Notes: generated from the letters alone by a model not told the origin. Shown: positions 41,758-56,648, counted from the first letter of the stretch. The stretch: DNA of 64,000 nt from the human T2T-CHM13v2.0 reference genome, Homo sapiens (GCF_009914755.1 NC_060933.1); one strand, 5' to 3'. A program made the numbers and translations.

Positions 41758-41866
41758 GGCCAGGTGTGGTGGCTCACACCTGTAATCCCAACAGTTTGGG
41801 AGGCTGAGGCAGGAGGATCGCTTGAAACCACGCTGGGCAACATGGCAAGACCCTGTCTCTATAAAA
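41758..41866 (+). mobile_element. Alu left monomer/FLAM with a deletion
   Basis: ggccaggtgtggtggctcacacctgtaatccc...gcaagaccctgtctcta. Confidence 0.85.
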
Positions 41867-42369
41867 TATTTAAATATTAGCATACCTTTCATGAAGGTGA
41901 TAGGGAAAGGCGACCCCTTAATTTGAGGGGTTCAATGGGTACCCATGTGAGTTGAGGAATTCCCTGAAGCTTAGCCCCATGGGTGGAGAAATGACGTGTG
42001 TGAATGGGGTCGCCTGAAGTCCCAGGGGGATCCGGGCTATAGGCAGACTCCTCTGCAGTCCAGCAGCCTTACTCCAGGGGCAATTCTCCACCTCATAAAC
42101 CCTAACCTTCCTTCTCCTTCCCTAATGAGCTAGCTTCTGACTTCCTGATGCAGTTCCTAAACTGGGTCTGAAGACTTCCAAAGAGGATATTTGAGAGTGG
42201 CATGAGCAACTCAGGAGCACAGAGAGAGGTGCAGGCATCCTCGGGGTGGCAGCAATGGTGGTGCTCTCCTTTGAAAATATTCTTACGGAATTGTATGGAT
42301 GCCTGCTTATCACATGGCAATATCTCTAATATGATGTGAACTTTAGAAAAATCTTGCAGCCAACATGTT

Positions 42370-42800
42370 TTAATATGGTCTCCTCCCCAAAAAAGACCCT
42401 AAGGGAAGGACATGGGTCCAGGCAGTTTATGTGGGGGTATGATCCCAGGAAGCAGGGATAAAAGTGTGGGGAAATGAGACAAGAAAAGAACAAAGGCCCA
42501 TTAAAGGGTGAATTATCAAGCTTACCACTGAGAGCAAGGGGATCAATTCTACCTAGACTTTCAGAGAAGTGTCCCAAATGCTTCCTAGAATTACCTGCTT
42601 GAAGACAGGGGCATTTATCCACAGCCTCCATTTTTCCCATTGGCTAAGAGTTGTCCCATAAGTCTTAATTTCCCTACTCTTCTCAGCCAGGCATGCACCA
42701 AGTAAGTCACCATGGGATTGGAGGAGCTCAGAGCAAAAGTGAAGATTGCAGTGTACACAGGAAAAGAGCATTAGGTATTGCACACCTACTTGGAATTGTG
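42370..42800 (-). mobile_element. Old ERVL LTR (LTR16/LTR33-like)
   Basis: gaccctaagggaaggacatgggtccaggcagtttatgtggggg..tgatcccaggaagca. Confidence 0.55.
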
Positions 42801-43047
42801 TCTCGATGCTCACGGATCTCAAAAAAGGGGTCCTCTCTATATTTTATAGATGAAGCTCAGTGACAGGGAGTACTTTACCCACGGTTCCTGCCTAGTGAGT
42901 CATGAAAGTGGAGTTTTTGCTCAGGAAAGCTTCCCACTGTAGCCAGATTGCATAAACTGATTCTCTAGCTCTTCACCTCTATTTCTATCTGATTTCTAGT
43001 TGTCTCTTGAGGACTAAAGAAAACAAATATCCCCCATGCAATGATTC

Positions 43048-43500
43048 TAAAAGGGTTCCCTGTTAGAGTGTGAGACATAGTTTAAGGGCATGTAATATTT
43101 TTTGGAGATAAAGGGAACACCAGCAAGGGTGGGGAGGTGACATAGGGAAGGGAAGGCACTGAAGGAGGGGGCATTATTGAGCCAGGTAACACTGAGGGCA
43201 ACTGATTTGCAATCTTCCCAGAAAGCTCTGAAAGTGATGTAACACACATCCTTCATCCTTCAGAAAGATTCCCACCACGGGGCAGAGGAACTGTAGTACT
43301 TATGCCCCACACTCTTGAGTTATTGATTTCAATAGTGGCTGGGTGGGGTGGGCCATGGATCACCAGGCTGTGTTGAGGTAACATAGGTTCCAGCAGCTCC
43401 CCAATAGAGACTCAAGTGCTACCACCGGCCTCCAGAATTGAGTGCTTCCACAGGAAAGGGTACACCAGGGGCCTGGGCAGAGTGGTGCCTGAGTTGGCAG
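43048..43500 (-). mobile_element. Second old ERVL LTR related to the preceding one
   Basis: gggaacaccagcaagggtggggaggtgacatagggaagggaaggca...ttattgagccaggtaacactgagggcaactg. Confidence 0.5.
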
Positions 43501-45885
43501 CAATTTCCCTATGCATCTTGACCTTCCAGTGACTTGGAGGATTGGAGCTCATCCTGATCAAATTACTCAGGGCTCCTCCCATAATGAGAACCTAAGATGT
43601 CAATGCTTAATGTTGTGTTTGCAGATACCCCTCTTTGTCTGCTCACTTTTTTGCCTAATCCTTCTCTTCCCTCTGTTGTTGCTCATTTGTTACCCCGCAA
43701 ATATCAAGGTTCTATATTTCTAAGGTACAGTATTGTTCACATACTACCTGGTACAAACTCTAACCTCCTATTAATCCTAAATTGTGTCTTTTGTGGAAGA
43801 CCTAGTGTTTTCCATAACCTCTTTATGTTCAAGATAAATATAGAACTGAATGTGAATATAAAGCCTTAGACAGTTTTTAAAAAAATCTAGAGGTGTTTAA
43901 TTTACATCTCGTGGATTTCTTATGTGTAAAAAGAATTTTGCTCAGTGATTTCTGCACTTGATTTGCTAACTCTGAGAAGCATGGCTGATTTGAGCCATGG
44001 CTTTCTGTTTCATCAGGTGTCATATCCACCACTGCTATGTTGCTAGCCTCTAGCATCATCCCAGAATTTGTGCAGAATGTTGAACCCAATTTTCCCCAAC
44101 ATCTTTTCTGTTCCAGATGCTGCCTGAACTATGCCTATAGGAAAAAATATAATTTGCCAGAGTTTCTGTTGACATTGTATGGAGGGGTGGGAAATGGGAG
44201 ACAGTGTTAACGACTTTCAGATCACCACAGAGACAACAGAGATGTAAATTATCAGTAAAACTAGTAGTAGCCCCAACTCAGTTGAAAGAAGATGAATCCC
44301 ATTTCCAGAGAAAATAGTTGGAAACCCTTAAGAATTTAGGTCTTAAAGACATATATGTGGGCCAGTCTTCACTTTCTAGGTTTTGTTTACCATCTATTAA
44401 TGCACCATGTTTTTGCTTTTGTTTTTGTTTTGCTCTCCTGTGTCTATTTGTAGTGTTTGTCACAAATTATAGCAGACAATTAAGGAGAAATTAACTTGGA
44501 GTGCAAGGGTCTGGGAGTATGTATTGGGAGTGATATAAGGAGGAGGTGGAGGGAGATAACATGTAAAATGACTTTTACTGAAGGAGATCCTGTTTCTTAA
44601 AAGCATATCCACTCTTTCACCTTTCAAGCCAAGAATTATAAAAACATTCTTCTGTTACACAAGTAACCTGATACTTATCCTCACTTTCAATTTTTTTTTT
44701 ACATTCTTCATCCCTTTACAAATAGTCCTCCAGTGAAACACACCATATAAATACATGGTCACCCCGCATTTATGCCTCTGCCAATTCTTTCCTCACATGT
44801 AAACTTTAGGAAGTTCCACTCTAAATAGTTTTCAAATCCAAGCTGCCACTGTGATTTCATCAAATCAAGCCCTTGTTGAGATCAAACCTTTGAAATGAGA
44901 AAAGATTTTTAATCCATTTACACCAGCTGGGGTCTAACTCTTGCAGTCCTGAGAGCTGCAGGATTAGGATTTCTCAAACCCTTTCCATACTTCTACCTCC
45001 CACATACCTGGCATATTTTACAGCTATTTTAATCAAATTGTATCAGCACTTGCATTTGAACAAAATCAGGATAAGAATGTTCTTTATAAGCCAGACTTGT
45101 TGTAACTGTTGGTGTACTTTAGTGACAAAATGTTGTCTTTCTCTACAAGGTTCAGCAAATAAAAATGAAAATAAAACTTATTGAAAATAAACTTGAAGCT
45201 AAGTCTTTTAGTAAGGGATAACAAAAATAAGAAAATGGCTGAGGTTATAATCGAGGGGTATTTTTGTAATAAGCTCAAAACATTTCTGTGCAGGATGGAT
45301 GAATGAAAATGACAAGTTCCTTCAACCATATATACTGACATTCTGAATTTAAAAAATCATTTTCTAAAATTATTCTGTTTTAAAGTGTCATCAAAACTAT
45401 TTTTCTGATAGAATCTGTCTTCAATTTTATTTTCTTATAAATAGCATTTCAAAGAGTTATTAAATTTCTTGTAGCTATGACTTACTCTGCAAAGTTACCT
45501 CCGTTTTCTTCTACTGGCACTTGCCAGAAAACAGAGATTGTATTTTACCTTCTCAGTTCAAATTATAGCATAAGGTAATTTGTGTAGTTGTGTGCTACAC
45601 AAACAAAGCTGGAGAATCTACTCCTAGGAATAAAACCCACAGGCACAAGGAGGCGGGGTGTAGTTGTGGGCGGATGGCATCAGATCCATTCAGAATCTAT
45701 GTGACAAGCACATGTGTCTCTCCAGAGCCTGCTTTGTGATTTCCAACATGTGATCAAGGCACTACCTGTGAGAAGGAACCCTGCAAGTGGTGAAGTAGTT
45801 ATTTGTGGCATTTACAGCTGGAGGTCCTCCAATATCATCTCAAGCTGAAACAAATTGATGCTAGATTTTTAAAAAGTTTTGTTAA

Positions 45886-45970
45886 GTCTCAAACTCTTGA
45901 TCTCAAGTGATCCACCTGCTTCAGCCTCTCAAAGTGCTGGGATTATGGGTGTGAGCCATCACTTCCAGCC
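45886..45970 (-). mobile_element. Alu 5' fragment (first ~85 nt)
   Basis: tctcaaactcttgatctcaagtgatccacctgc...gagccatcacttccagcc. Confidence 0.85.
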
Positions 45971-45974
45971 CCTT

Positions 45975-46425
<451 letters not shown>

Positions 46426-48619
46426 AGGTGAAAAAAACACTACTATATCAGGCAGGGTTTAGTATGCTAAGTTTAATCTTTACCCAGTTACCTGAATTTA
46501 ATCAATCTTATTACCTAACTTCTTTTCAACTGAAGAGAAGTAGGAACGTCCCAACTTTCAAGACTGCTTAATGAATACCTAAGTAGCTTCAAAATAATGC
46601 CACAGCTTTCAAGGGTTTATTATAAATATCTGTGATTGCAAATAAGAGAACTAAAGGAGACATCCTCTGCAATTACTTCCAATCTCAGTGTACGATAGCA
46701 CGAACAATCTAGCTTTATCAGGCAACTGTATTCATAGACATAATCAGAAGAAGGAAAATTCCAGTGCCAGGAAACCTTTTGGTTATTACAGATGTTTGGC
46801 TATGACTCATCCAATCCTATTTCAGATGCAAAAAATCAACTTTCAAGAGTTCAGTGGATGGCCATACTATCTGAATCATAGAATGAGAACCTCTGTAAAT
46901 CCATTTCTCCATAAAAGCAACAAAAACACTGGCAAAATGGTCAAAATCAACATTTTCATGACTCTGGAAATTAACCAAAGCCTGCAATAATCTAAAGTGT
47001 CTATTTAAGAAATAAATAAACCTTTCCTACCAGCTAAGAGTTATCTTTGGCAAAGTTCAGTCCATAGATGGGTGAGCTGAGGGCCTGGTCCTGGGACTCC
47101 GGGGGTACTGCTGTGGTACCATGGAGCTCTCACCAGCCTCCTGGGCTTGCCTTGTCTGGGTGAGCTGGCTTGTGTGTCTTCAGTGACATCAGAATTTTAG
47201 GTACATTTTAAACTTGCCTACTCACTTTCCTCTCTCCACAGCTCCACGGTAGTCATGAAAACCAGCAGCCTCCAACTATGGTAGCTGTCACTAGAGGGAG
47301 GAAGCCAGCTTTGGAGTCCTATCCCAAGAGCATTGCCATTATTTGAACTGTCTTGCAGCTCCTTGGAAAAACACCATTTGCAAGGCTGTGCCTTCATTTG
47401 ACCTAACCTGGAGCTCACCCACAGGGAAACCCTAACCCCAGGGCATTTGCTGAAAACAATCAGAGGAAATTGTTAACATTATAGCTGCCTGACACTGTTC
47501 TACCACTTAGGGAAAATGAGACCCTTACCAAAACCTGAAAGGAGAGCCTGAAGAATGAGATGTTTGTAGGGGGCTTTGAAAAACTCTGACATATTCCTGG
47601 GGATTTACAAAACTGCATACATGTATAGAGCTATGTGCATGACGAGGAAAGACCTCACAGGACCCCAAACTCTCATCTCTGGCTGAACTTGAGGCCCTGC
47701 ACAAGCAGGAAGTGAAGGCTAAGGCAGAGTTGTAAAATGTTAGAGCATTGAGCGTGTATTCCCAGGCAAACTCAGGCCCATTTGACAAAAGATGAAAGAC
47801 TTATTGCTTTAGGGCCTGTAAGCAAATCTCTGACCAATCGTTCACTGATTACTAAGCTAACTGAGATGAGTTTTCAGTTACTCACACCACAAAGACTATA
47901 GATTTTATAGGATTAGTCCAGGAAAAGCACTAAATGAGCAATCAGCAGCAGCAACAACAAAGCAAACAAAACAAATTGGGGGTTGGGATGAGGGTAATTT
48001 GACTTCCAGAGTTGCCACACTATATTATCTAAAATGTTCAGTTTCAACAAGAACTTACAATACATGCAAAGAAACAAGAAATTATGTTTCATACACAGGG
48101 GAAAAAACTAGCCAATTGAATGTTTATCAGAAAGGATCCAGATATTTGCCTTACAAAACAAAGACTTCAAATCAGCTATTATAAATATGTTCAAAGGACT
48201 AAAGGAAGCCATGACTAAAGAGGAAGAGGAATATATAGAAACAGTGCTTCACAAAATAGAGAATACCAATAAAGAAATAGAAATTATTTTTTAAAAAAAC
48301 AGATAAAATTACAGAAATGGAAAATGTGCAAAAGGGACTCAACAGAAAATATAAACTGAAAGGATAAAGATTAGAGAACTTGAAGACAGGTTAATTGAGA
48401 TGATCTGGTCTAATGAATAGAGAGAAAAAATGAATAAAAATGAACAGAGTCTCAGAAATTCCTAACGCACTATCCGACATCCCAACATCTGCATAATGGG
48501 AATTCTAGTGAGAGAGAGGGGCGGGGGGCAAATAGAATATCTAAAGAAATAATGGCCAAAAACTTTAAAAATTTGATTAAAAGGATTAATTTGAAATAAG
48601 CTCAAAAGCGCCAAGTAGG

Positions 48620-48912
<293 letters not shown>

Positions 48913-49620
48913 AAAAGCTTCAAGTAGGATAAACACAAACAAATTCACACCTAAACACATCATAATCAAACTGCCAAAAGTCAAAAACAGGTAATCTTGA
49001 AAGCAACTCCTCTTATGAGGCCAGTATTAACCTGATATCAAAAGCAGACAAAGATATCTCAAGAAAACTAAAGGCCAATATCCCTTATGAATATAAGAGT
49101 CAAAATCTTCAAAAAAAATGCTAGCAAGCTGAATCCAACAATATATAAAAACGATTATGCATCATGGCCAAGAAGGATTTATTAAGGAACACAAGGTTTG
49201 TTTGACATCTGAAAATCAATTATATTGATAGAATAAAAAAACAAAAACCATATCTGCCTAGATGCAGAAAAAGCATTTGACTAAATCCAGCAACCTTTCA
49301 TAATATGAAGAAAAATACACTCAACAAACTTGAAATAGAAGGAAACTTTCTTAACCCGAGGGAGGCTACCTATGAAAAATTCAGAGCTGGTATCACAGTT
49401 AACATTTATAGTCTGAGTGTTTTTCCCTCTAAGATCAGGAGCAAGAAAAACATGTCTGTTCTTGTCATTTCAAATCAACATTGTATTGGAGGTTCTAGCC
49501 AAGGCAGTTAAGCAAGAAAAAGAAATGAAAGTCATCCAGATCGGAAGAAGTAAAACTACTCTACTGACAGATATTATAATCTTGAATATAGAGAATCCCA
49601 AAGAATCAACAAAAAGAGGA

Positions 49621-49820
49621 AGTGGCCCTCTGTGGCCCTCCACAGGTTTTTGCATCTGCGGATTCAACCAACTATGGGTGGAAACCTGTGGATATGGTGG
49701 GCTGACTGTACACATTTTCCATCTGAGTTGGGTTGAATCCATGGATGCGGAACCTGCAGATGTGAAGGGCAAATTGTACTATGTCATTTCATATAAGAGA
49801 CTTGAGTCTCTTTGGATTTT
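49621..49820. mobile_element. MER2B/Tigger-like fragment nested in L1 ORF2
   Basis: tgcatctgcggattcaaccaac...ggttgaatccatggatgcggaacctgcagat...atataagagacttgag. Confidence 0.7.
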
Positions 49821-51769
49821 AGAAGTAATGAACAAGTTCACTGATGTTGCAAGATGCAAGATTAATGCAAAGAATCAATCATATTTCTCTTCACTAACAA
49901 CAAACAACTCAAAAATAAAAATAAAATTTAAAAAACAATTCCATTTAGAATAGCATCCAAAAATACTTAGTAATAGATTTAATGAAATAACTCATACATC
50001 AAAACCTACAAGTTTTGTTGAAGGAAATTAAATTAGATCTAAACGAATGAAAAGACATCTCATGCTTTGGATCAGAAGACTTAATGTTGTTAAGATGGGA
50101 ATACTGCCCAAATTGTTCTACCTATTCAATGCAATCTCAATCAAAATGCCAATTGACATTTTGTAGAAATCGACAAGCTGATTTTAAAATTCTTATGAAA
50201 ATGCAAGGGATCCAGAAGAGTCAAAATAATCCTGAAAAGGAAGAAAGTTTGGAAACTTGCAGTAATCAAGACATAACAATAAACATCTAGATTAATGGAG
50301 TAGAAATGAGAGTTCAGAAATAAACTCTTACATTTATGTTTAGTTGATTTTCTACAAGAGTTCCAAGGGAATTCAATGGTGAAAATAATAATATTTTCAA
50401 CAAATGGTACTGAGACTATTGGAAATCTTAGAGAAAAGATTGAAGTTGGTTGCCTACTTCATAACTTACACAAAAATGAAATGAAAATGGGCCAAATACC
50501 ATATACCCAAATGTAATTGTGAAAACTATAAAACTCTTGGAAGAAAACTCCAAAGTAAATCTTCATAAACTTGGGTTAGGGAGTGGTTTCTTAGATAGGA
50601 CACCACAAGCACAAACAACAAAACAAAAAATAGGTAAACTGGATTTAATTAAAATTAAAAACTATTGTGCTATAAGTGAGAGCATCGAGAATTGAAAAGA
50701 TAACCCACAGAATGAGAGAAAATATTTGCAAATCTGGGTACGAGGGTTGGGATCCAGGGTGTATAAAGAACCCAAACTAAGAAATAAAGACAAGTAATAC
50801 AAATTTAAATAGGCCAGAGGATTTGAATAGACATTTCTCCAAAGAAGGTATATAAACTGTCAATACACACAAGAAAATATGTACAATATTACTAGTTACA
50901 GGTAAATTAAATCAGAACCACATGAGATACTACTTCATAGGTACCAGGATGGTTGAAATAAAAAAAGACAGATCATGCCAAGTGACAATAAGCATGTAGA
51001 GGGAGTGCAACCATCCCAGATCTTTGGTAGGAATTTTAAGGGTACAGCTGCTTTGGAAAACAATTTGGCAGTTTCTAAAAAAAAGTTAGGGATAGAGTTA
51101 CTGAGTTAACCCAGCATTTCCACTTTACTTCTCACCCAAGAGATGAAAATATGTGTTTACACAAAAACTCATAGACATATGTTCATAGCAACTTTATTCA
51201 TAATAACCAAAAAGTGGAAACAATACAAGTGCCCATCAATTGATGAATGGATAGACAAAATGGGATGTGTGTGTACAATGGGAGAGTATTTGGCAATAAA
51301 AAGGAATGAAGGACTGATATACACTATGACATGGATGAACCTTGAAGTCATTACGCTAAGTGAAAGAAGCCAGCTACAAAAGACCAAATATGATATGATT
51401 CCATTCATATAAAATGTCCAGGATAGGCAAATCCACAGAGATGAAAAGTATAGTGATTCCTTAGGGCTGGAGGGAGAGAAAATGTTGGGGTAAATGGGGA
51501 GTGACTGCTAATGGGAACTGGGCTTCCTTCTGGGTTGATGAAAATGTTCTAAAATGAGATGGTGGAAATGATTGTACATGTCTGTAAATATACTAAAAAG
51601 TCACTGAATTCTACACTTTCAATGAGTGAATTCATAGTATGAGTTATGTCTCAATAACTCTGATTATACATGTGTATTTCATGTATATGTGAAATAATAT
51701 GTTTACTGGAAAAAATATCTATTAGGAGAAATACCAGCCAAAAGGAGGTTTCTCCAGCTTGAGTCAGCT

Positions 51770-52210
51770 CAACCACCAATCTAAATTGGATCTTAGTTAA
51801 ATCTCTTTCCTTCTCTCAGCCTCAGTTTTCTCATCTGCAAAATGGGCCGATGGTAATACCCATTCTTTGGGCCTCACAGAGTTGCTGTGAGGATCGAACT
51901 AGGTAATTAGAGTGAAATCAGTGTTCAGAGATGGATAGGGCAGGAAACCAGGAGTTACATTTAAGTGTAGCTTAGTCTGTAGAGAGTGTCAAGGTTAAGA
52001 ACATAGACTCTAGGGCCAGGCAGCCTATGTTTAAATTCATCTATAGCACTGACTAGCTGTGTGACCTAGAACAAGTGACTTCACCTTTCTCTGTGTAGTT
52101 TCTTCTGTAAAAGGGCATCATAGTATTGCTGCCTTCATAGAGCATTATGAGAATAAAATAATTTAATTAAACACATAAGGAAGCTTTTTAAAAAAAGTTT
52201 AGTGTACTAA
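51770..52210 (+). mobile_element. Two tandem MIR fragments
   Basis: ctcagcctcagttttctcatctgcaaaatggg and ctagctgtgtgacctagaacaagtgacttcacc. Confidence 0.75.
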
Positions 52211-52382
52211 GAGATTGAAGTAAATTCTGAGAATGCACTGCCCAAACTCTGAATACTACAAAAAAAAGAAAGGGAGAATGGAAAGAGGAAGGAAGGTGAT
52301 GGGGAGAGGATGGAAGGAGGGAAGAAAGAAAGAAGTAAAAAGAGAAAGAAGGAGGGGACGAAAAGGAAAGGAAAAGAAAAGA

Positions 52383-52505
52383 AAAATGCATTTTCCAGCT
52401 GGAAGGCAGAAATGATACAAAGAAAAAAAAGTATTTTCCAGCTAGAATGCAGAAATAATACAAAGAAAAAAATGTATTTTCCAGCTAGAATGCAGAAATT
52501 ATACA
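52383..52505. repeat. 43-bp tandem repeat, ~2.8 copies, after a GA-rich tract (52260-52382)
   Basis: ttttccagct recurs at 52391, 52434 and 52477. Confidence 0.92.
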
Positions 52506-53199
52506 TTTTCGAGGGACTGAGAAAGTTACTGCCTCAAATTGCCATCACTGGAGGTTATGAAACAAATTACACTGGGCCGTTTAAAATGGTGATTAATAAA
52601 TACCCTTTATTTATCAGCTGTAGACATTTTGAGTAAAGACAAAAGGAGGAATGTATTTTTTAAATATCTGGAATTATTCCATTTGACCACATTGCTATAA
52701 ATGATGGTGAGGATTATAAGAAAGAACTAGTCAAACACAGTTTTTTTTTCTGTTTTTTAAAAAAAAACCCCTCTGTTTGACTAGCTATAGAAAATGTCTG
52801 AAATGTCTCATGTGATTTTGCACATAAGATTTTTGACAAAATCTTGAGAGACAATTCATTCTTTAAAAACTACTTCTTGAGCATGGAGGTGAGCTCCTGA
52901 GAGGTGAGACCGTTGTAGCTTGAGGGGCCCTAAGACTACATCTAGAACGATGGCTCTTGACTCTAACTAGCAGAATAAACTAACAGAAGCCAGTTTAGCA
53001 TTTCTCCATGTTGTTTGGAATTCAAACATAATGAAATGAATAAAAACTTTTTTTTAATTGTCTTCGGAGAAATTTACATTTTCATATTGAACAGTTCCAT
53101 CAAGAATCCCATGCGGTTCCTCACATTTCAGGTCTGAGCCTCAGTGTTTAGCCCATGGGACTTCAGCAAAATGGCCTGTGCTGTGGAGGAACCCACAGT

Positions 53200-53670
53200 C
53201 TCAGCCTGTGCTTTGGAAGAGCTGAAGATCCACTAGGAGAGGCAGGAGGCTGAATGACATAAATGTCAACCAAAGGATTACAGACAAAGCCACAGAGGAT
53301 CAGATAGGGAGAAAACTAGAAGAGAGAACTAAGAAGAGATCCCAGGAGATGGCAGTTCAGCTGGTCTTTATGGAACAGGCACTGGGGAGAAGTGTTCCTG
53401 ATACCCGGGCTTGGATGTGGACTCTGGGAAGTCAAAGGCAGGGCCCATGTACTGGAGGTAATTCTGCTTGCCTGGAATGCAGGGACCACAAGAGAAAGTG
53501 ATGAGAGAGAAGACTGAAAGATAACATGGTATTTAATCATCCCCAAAACTCAAACCACAATCTATGAAATTTAGAATTAGTTCTTTCAGCTCATAGGAGG
53601 ATACTTTTAAAAGTTTTAATCAGAAAAATATTATAATTGGAGCTATGCTTTAGAAAAAGTAATCTAGTGA
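53200..53670 (-). mobile_element. L2 fragments (antisense)
   Basis: ggagatggcagttcagctggtcttta...aaaagttttaatcagaaaa...tatgctttagaaaaagtaatctag. Confidence 0.5.
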
Positions 53671-54193
53671 CTCCCTTTAAAGAACCTTCACTTGGAAAAT
53701 TTATTTTCTTTTTTGCTTCTGAGAAACTCTTAAGTTTACTCTTTATAGGGAATAGAATCATCTAATTGTTTTCTTTTTCCATTTGTCTCCCAGGATGCTC
53801 AGTGCAAATCTGCCATTTGTTTTTACCTGGCTAAATATTATGGCCTTTATAATCTGCAATCAGTTTCTGCTAGTTTCTGATCTTCCACTCTGATATTTAT
53901 TTTTCCATGATTCTGACTTTTATACTTTATATTTTATCTTTTATTGAATATATTTATCAATATTACCATAAATCCTCAGGCTAAAATGAGGTAGAGTTAT
54001 AAATAAGCAGCAACATGATATGTATATCTGAATATAGTTTGTGGCAAAGATTGGGCAAGCATGAGTCTGAGTCCAAGACACTAGTGAGGCAGTACCAGCT
54101 CCAATTCCAAGCTGGAATCATAGCAACATGAATGAATGGGGGAGTGTGTCTCAGACAATGAAAAGGTCAGCATCCATGAGATTCATACACTTT

Positions 54194-54355
54194 GTTTATT
54201 ACTATTTATATGTATTTATTCATTTATTTATGTAAAAAAATAGAGACAAGGTCTCACTGTTGCCCAGGCTGGTCTTGAACTCCTGGGCTCAAGAGATTTT
54301 CCCGCCCCAGCCTCCCAAAATGTTGGGATTACAGGAGTGAGCCACTGTGCCCAGC
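54194..54355 (-). mobile_element. FLAM-C/Alu monomer
   Basis: Perfect 17-bp TSD tgagattcatacacttt at 54177-54193 and 54356-54372. Confidence 0.92.
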
Positions 54356-54651
54356 TGAGATTCATACACTTTAGATGTATGATGTGGAGCAGACCAGGGA
54401 GTCAAAGGTGATTGATGCCATGGATTAAGCATGAGGTGACTAGGTTTCCTCAAGAGTGATGGTGGCCTTAATACAAATAAAAAACATAGGAAGAAGAAAA
54501 GTTTTGCATGTTAAGGCAATGAGGAAGGTTCCAGGAATGATGACCCATAGTTGGACACATACAACACATGGATAGAAATGGAGAAGAGCCATCGAAAGAG
54601 AGGCTGAGCTGGAGAAAAAACTTGGAAATCATCTGTAAGGAGTTGGGAATT

Positions 54652-54654
<3 letters not shown>

Positions 54655-54690
<36 letters not shown>
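54655..54690. repeat. (GA)n microsatellite within an antisense L2 remnant (~54560-55035)
   Basis: Uninterrupted AG repeat. Confidence 0.95.
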
Positions 54691-54692
<2 letters not shown>

Positions 54693-55529
54693 CAAGTAGG
54701 TGAGATTTCCAGAAAGAAGAATATATAGAGTGAAAAGAAAATGGCCAAAAATAGGGTCTTGAACAATGCTTGCATTACAGGGTGGGAAGATTGAAAGGAA
54801 TTAGAATAGATTCCTAAAAGAAGCAGAAAAATGTGGTGCCAGGAAAGCCTAGGTGGAGAAAGTAATTAAGAAGGACATGTGATCATCAATAGGCAAAACT
54901 ATTGGATTAATTTATTAGAAAAATCAGTGATAACCTTCAAGAAAACTATTTCAATGGACTGGTGGGGCCAAAGCCAATTTCAAGGTGTTAAGAAATGGTT
55001 GGATGTTGGGAAAGTAAAGGGCATGAGTATAGACCAGTAGTTCTCAAACACCACCTGCAAGCCTGGGGGCTTTGAGAAATCCAGCCTCTTGGGCCCCACC
55101 TCTGGAGACTCTGGTTCAGTGGGTCTGGAAGCAGTTGTCCTGGTGAAGAGGACAGAACCACATGAATCGTCTTGCCTATGCTTGTCTGTGGCTCATGGTG
55201 AGCTTGTTGTTTGGATGGTTGGTTGACTGTGTGGTTTGAGGGGAGGTTACTCTCTAACTCCTAAGGGTGGGATAAATTGATTTGGGAAATAGACTGCAAG
55301 AGAAAAGTCTCAAATTGGTGTGCAAGGGTGAAAAATAAGGAACAGTGGGGAAAGGAAAACTGGAAGGAAACGAAGCAGAGGAGGGACAAACAAGGAGTGA
55401 ACAAATATTAATATGACTGAGGACCTGGAGCCATGGCAGGTACTTGAGAGTAATGTAGAGTGTTGGGAGAAAGAGAGAGAGAGAAATACTAAAATCTAGA
55501 CAGAAGGGTTTGGAGTTGGTACTTCAGAG

Positions 55530-55660
55530 CCATGATTCTCCAAATGTGGTCCTCAGGCCTCTGCTCCAGACCTATTGAACTGGGGACCCTGGGGCTGGGC
55601 CTCAGCAATCTGCATTTTAGTAAGTTCTCCCATTTGGATGCAAGTTTGAGAACCACTGCT
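55530..55660. mobile_element. MER5A-type MITE; another fragment lies at ~55035-55130
   Basis: ttctccaaatgtggtcc...cagcaatctgcattttagtaag...aagtttgagaaccactg. Confidence 0.75.
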
Positions 55661-56221
55661 TCAGAGAAAAAAAAACCCCAAAAACAAAAAACAAAACAAA
55701 ACAAAAAAACAGGCCATATATTTTCTTATTAAATGTACAAGCAGCATAGTGAAAATGATGTTTGGAAAAGATTTTCCAATCAGATATCGGGGTTTGCAAA
55801 AAGATAAAAATGGATGAAGTTGAAATAACCTAGATTTGAGAGGCTGGAATAGGGTAACAACTAAAGAAATGGATGGAAGAGGCAAATGCAGCATCAGCAC
55901 AGGGCTTTGGTAACAGGGCACGTGGAAGGAGAGGGAAGAGAGTCTAAGCATTCCTTATTTGCCTGCCCAGAGCAGCCTGTGGTTTTAGTATCAGTCATGA
56001 TGATCAACTAAGGAAGTTGGGAAAGGTGTGTGCTATGGGAAAAGAAAGCTCAGAGGTTTCTGTTTTGTTTCAAAGTCCAGGTGATGAAGTTGAGAAGGTG
56101 TGTCCTGTAGGTCACTGGACATAAAGAGGGACACAGACATAGCAGACCTGGGGCTGACCCTGGAAGGCGGCAGCTGACACAGCTTGAGAGGTAAGATACA
56201 TATGTAGGTAACCTTGAGTGA

Positions 56222-56648
<427 letters not shown>

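Noticed and set aside
49417-49953. 178-aa ORF with reverse-transcriptase-like peptides
   Set aside because: A decayed L1 ORF2 fragment reading through a nested MER2B-like insert; it is not an intact gene.
52383-52505. CRISPR-like repeat array
   Set aside because: The units are head-to-tail with no unique spacers, and the context is eukaryotic.
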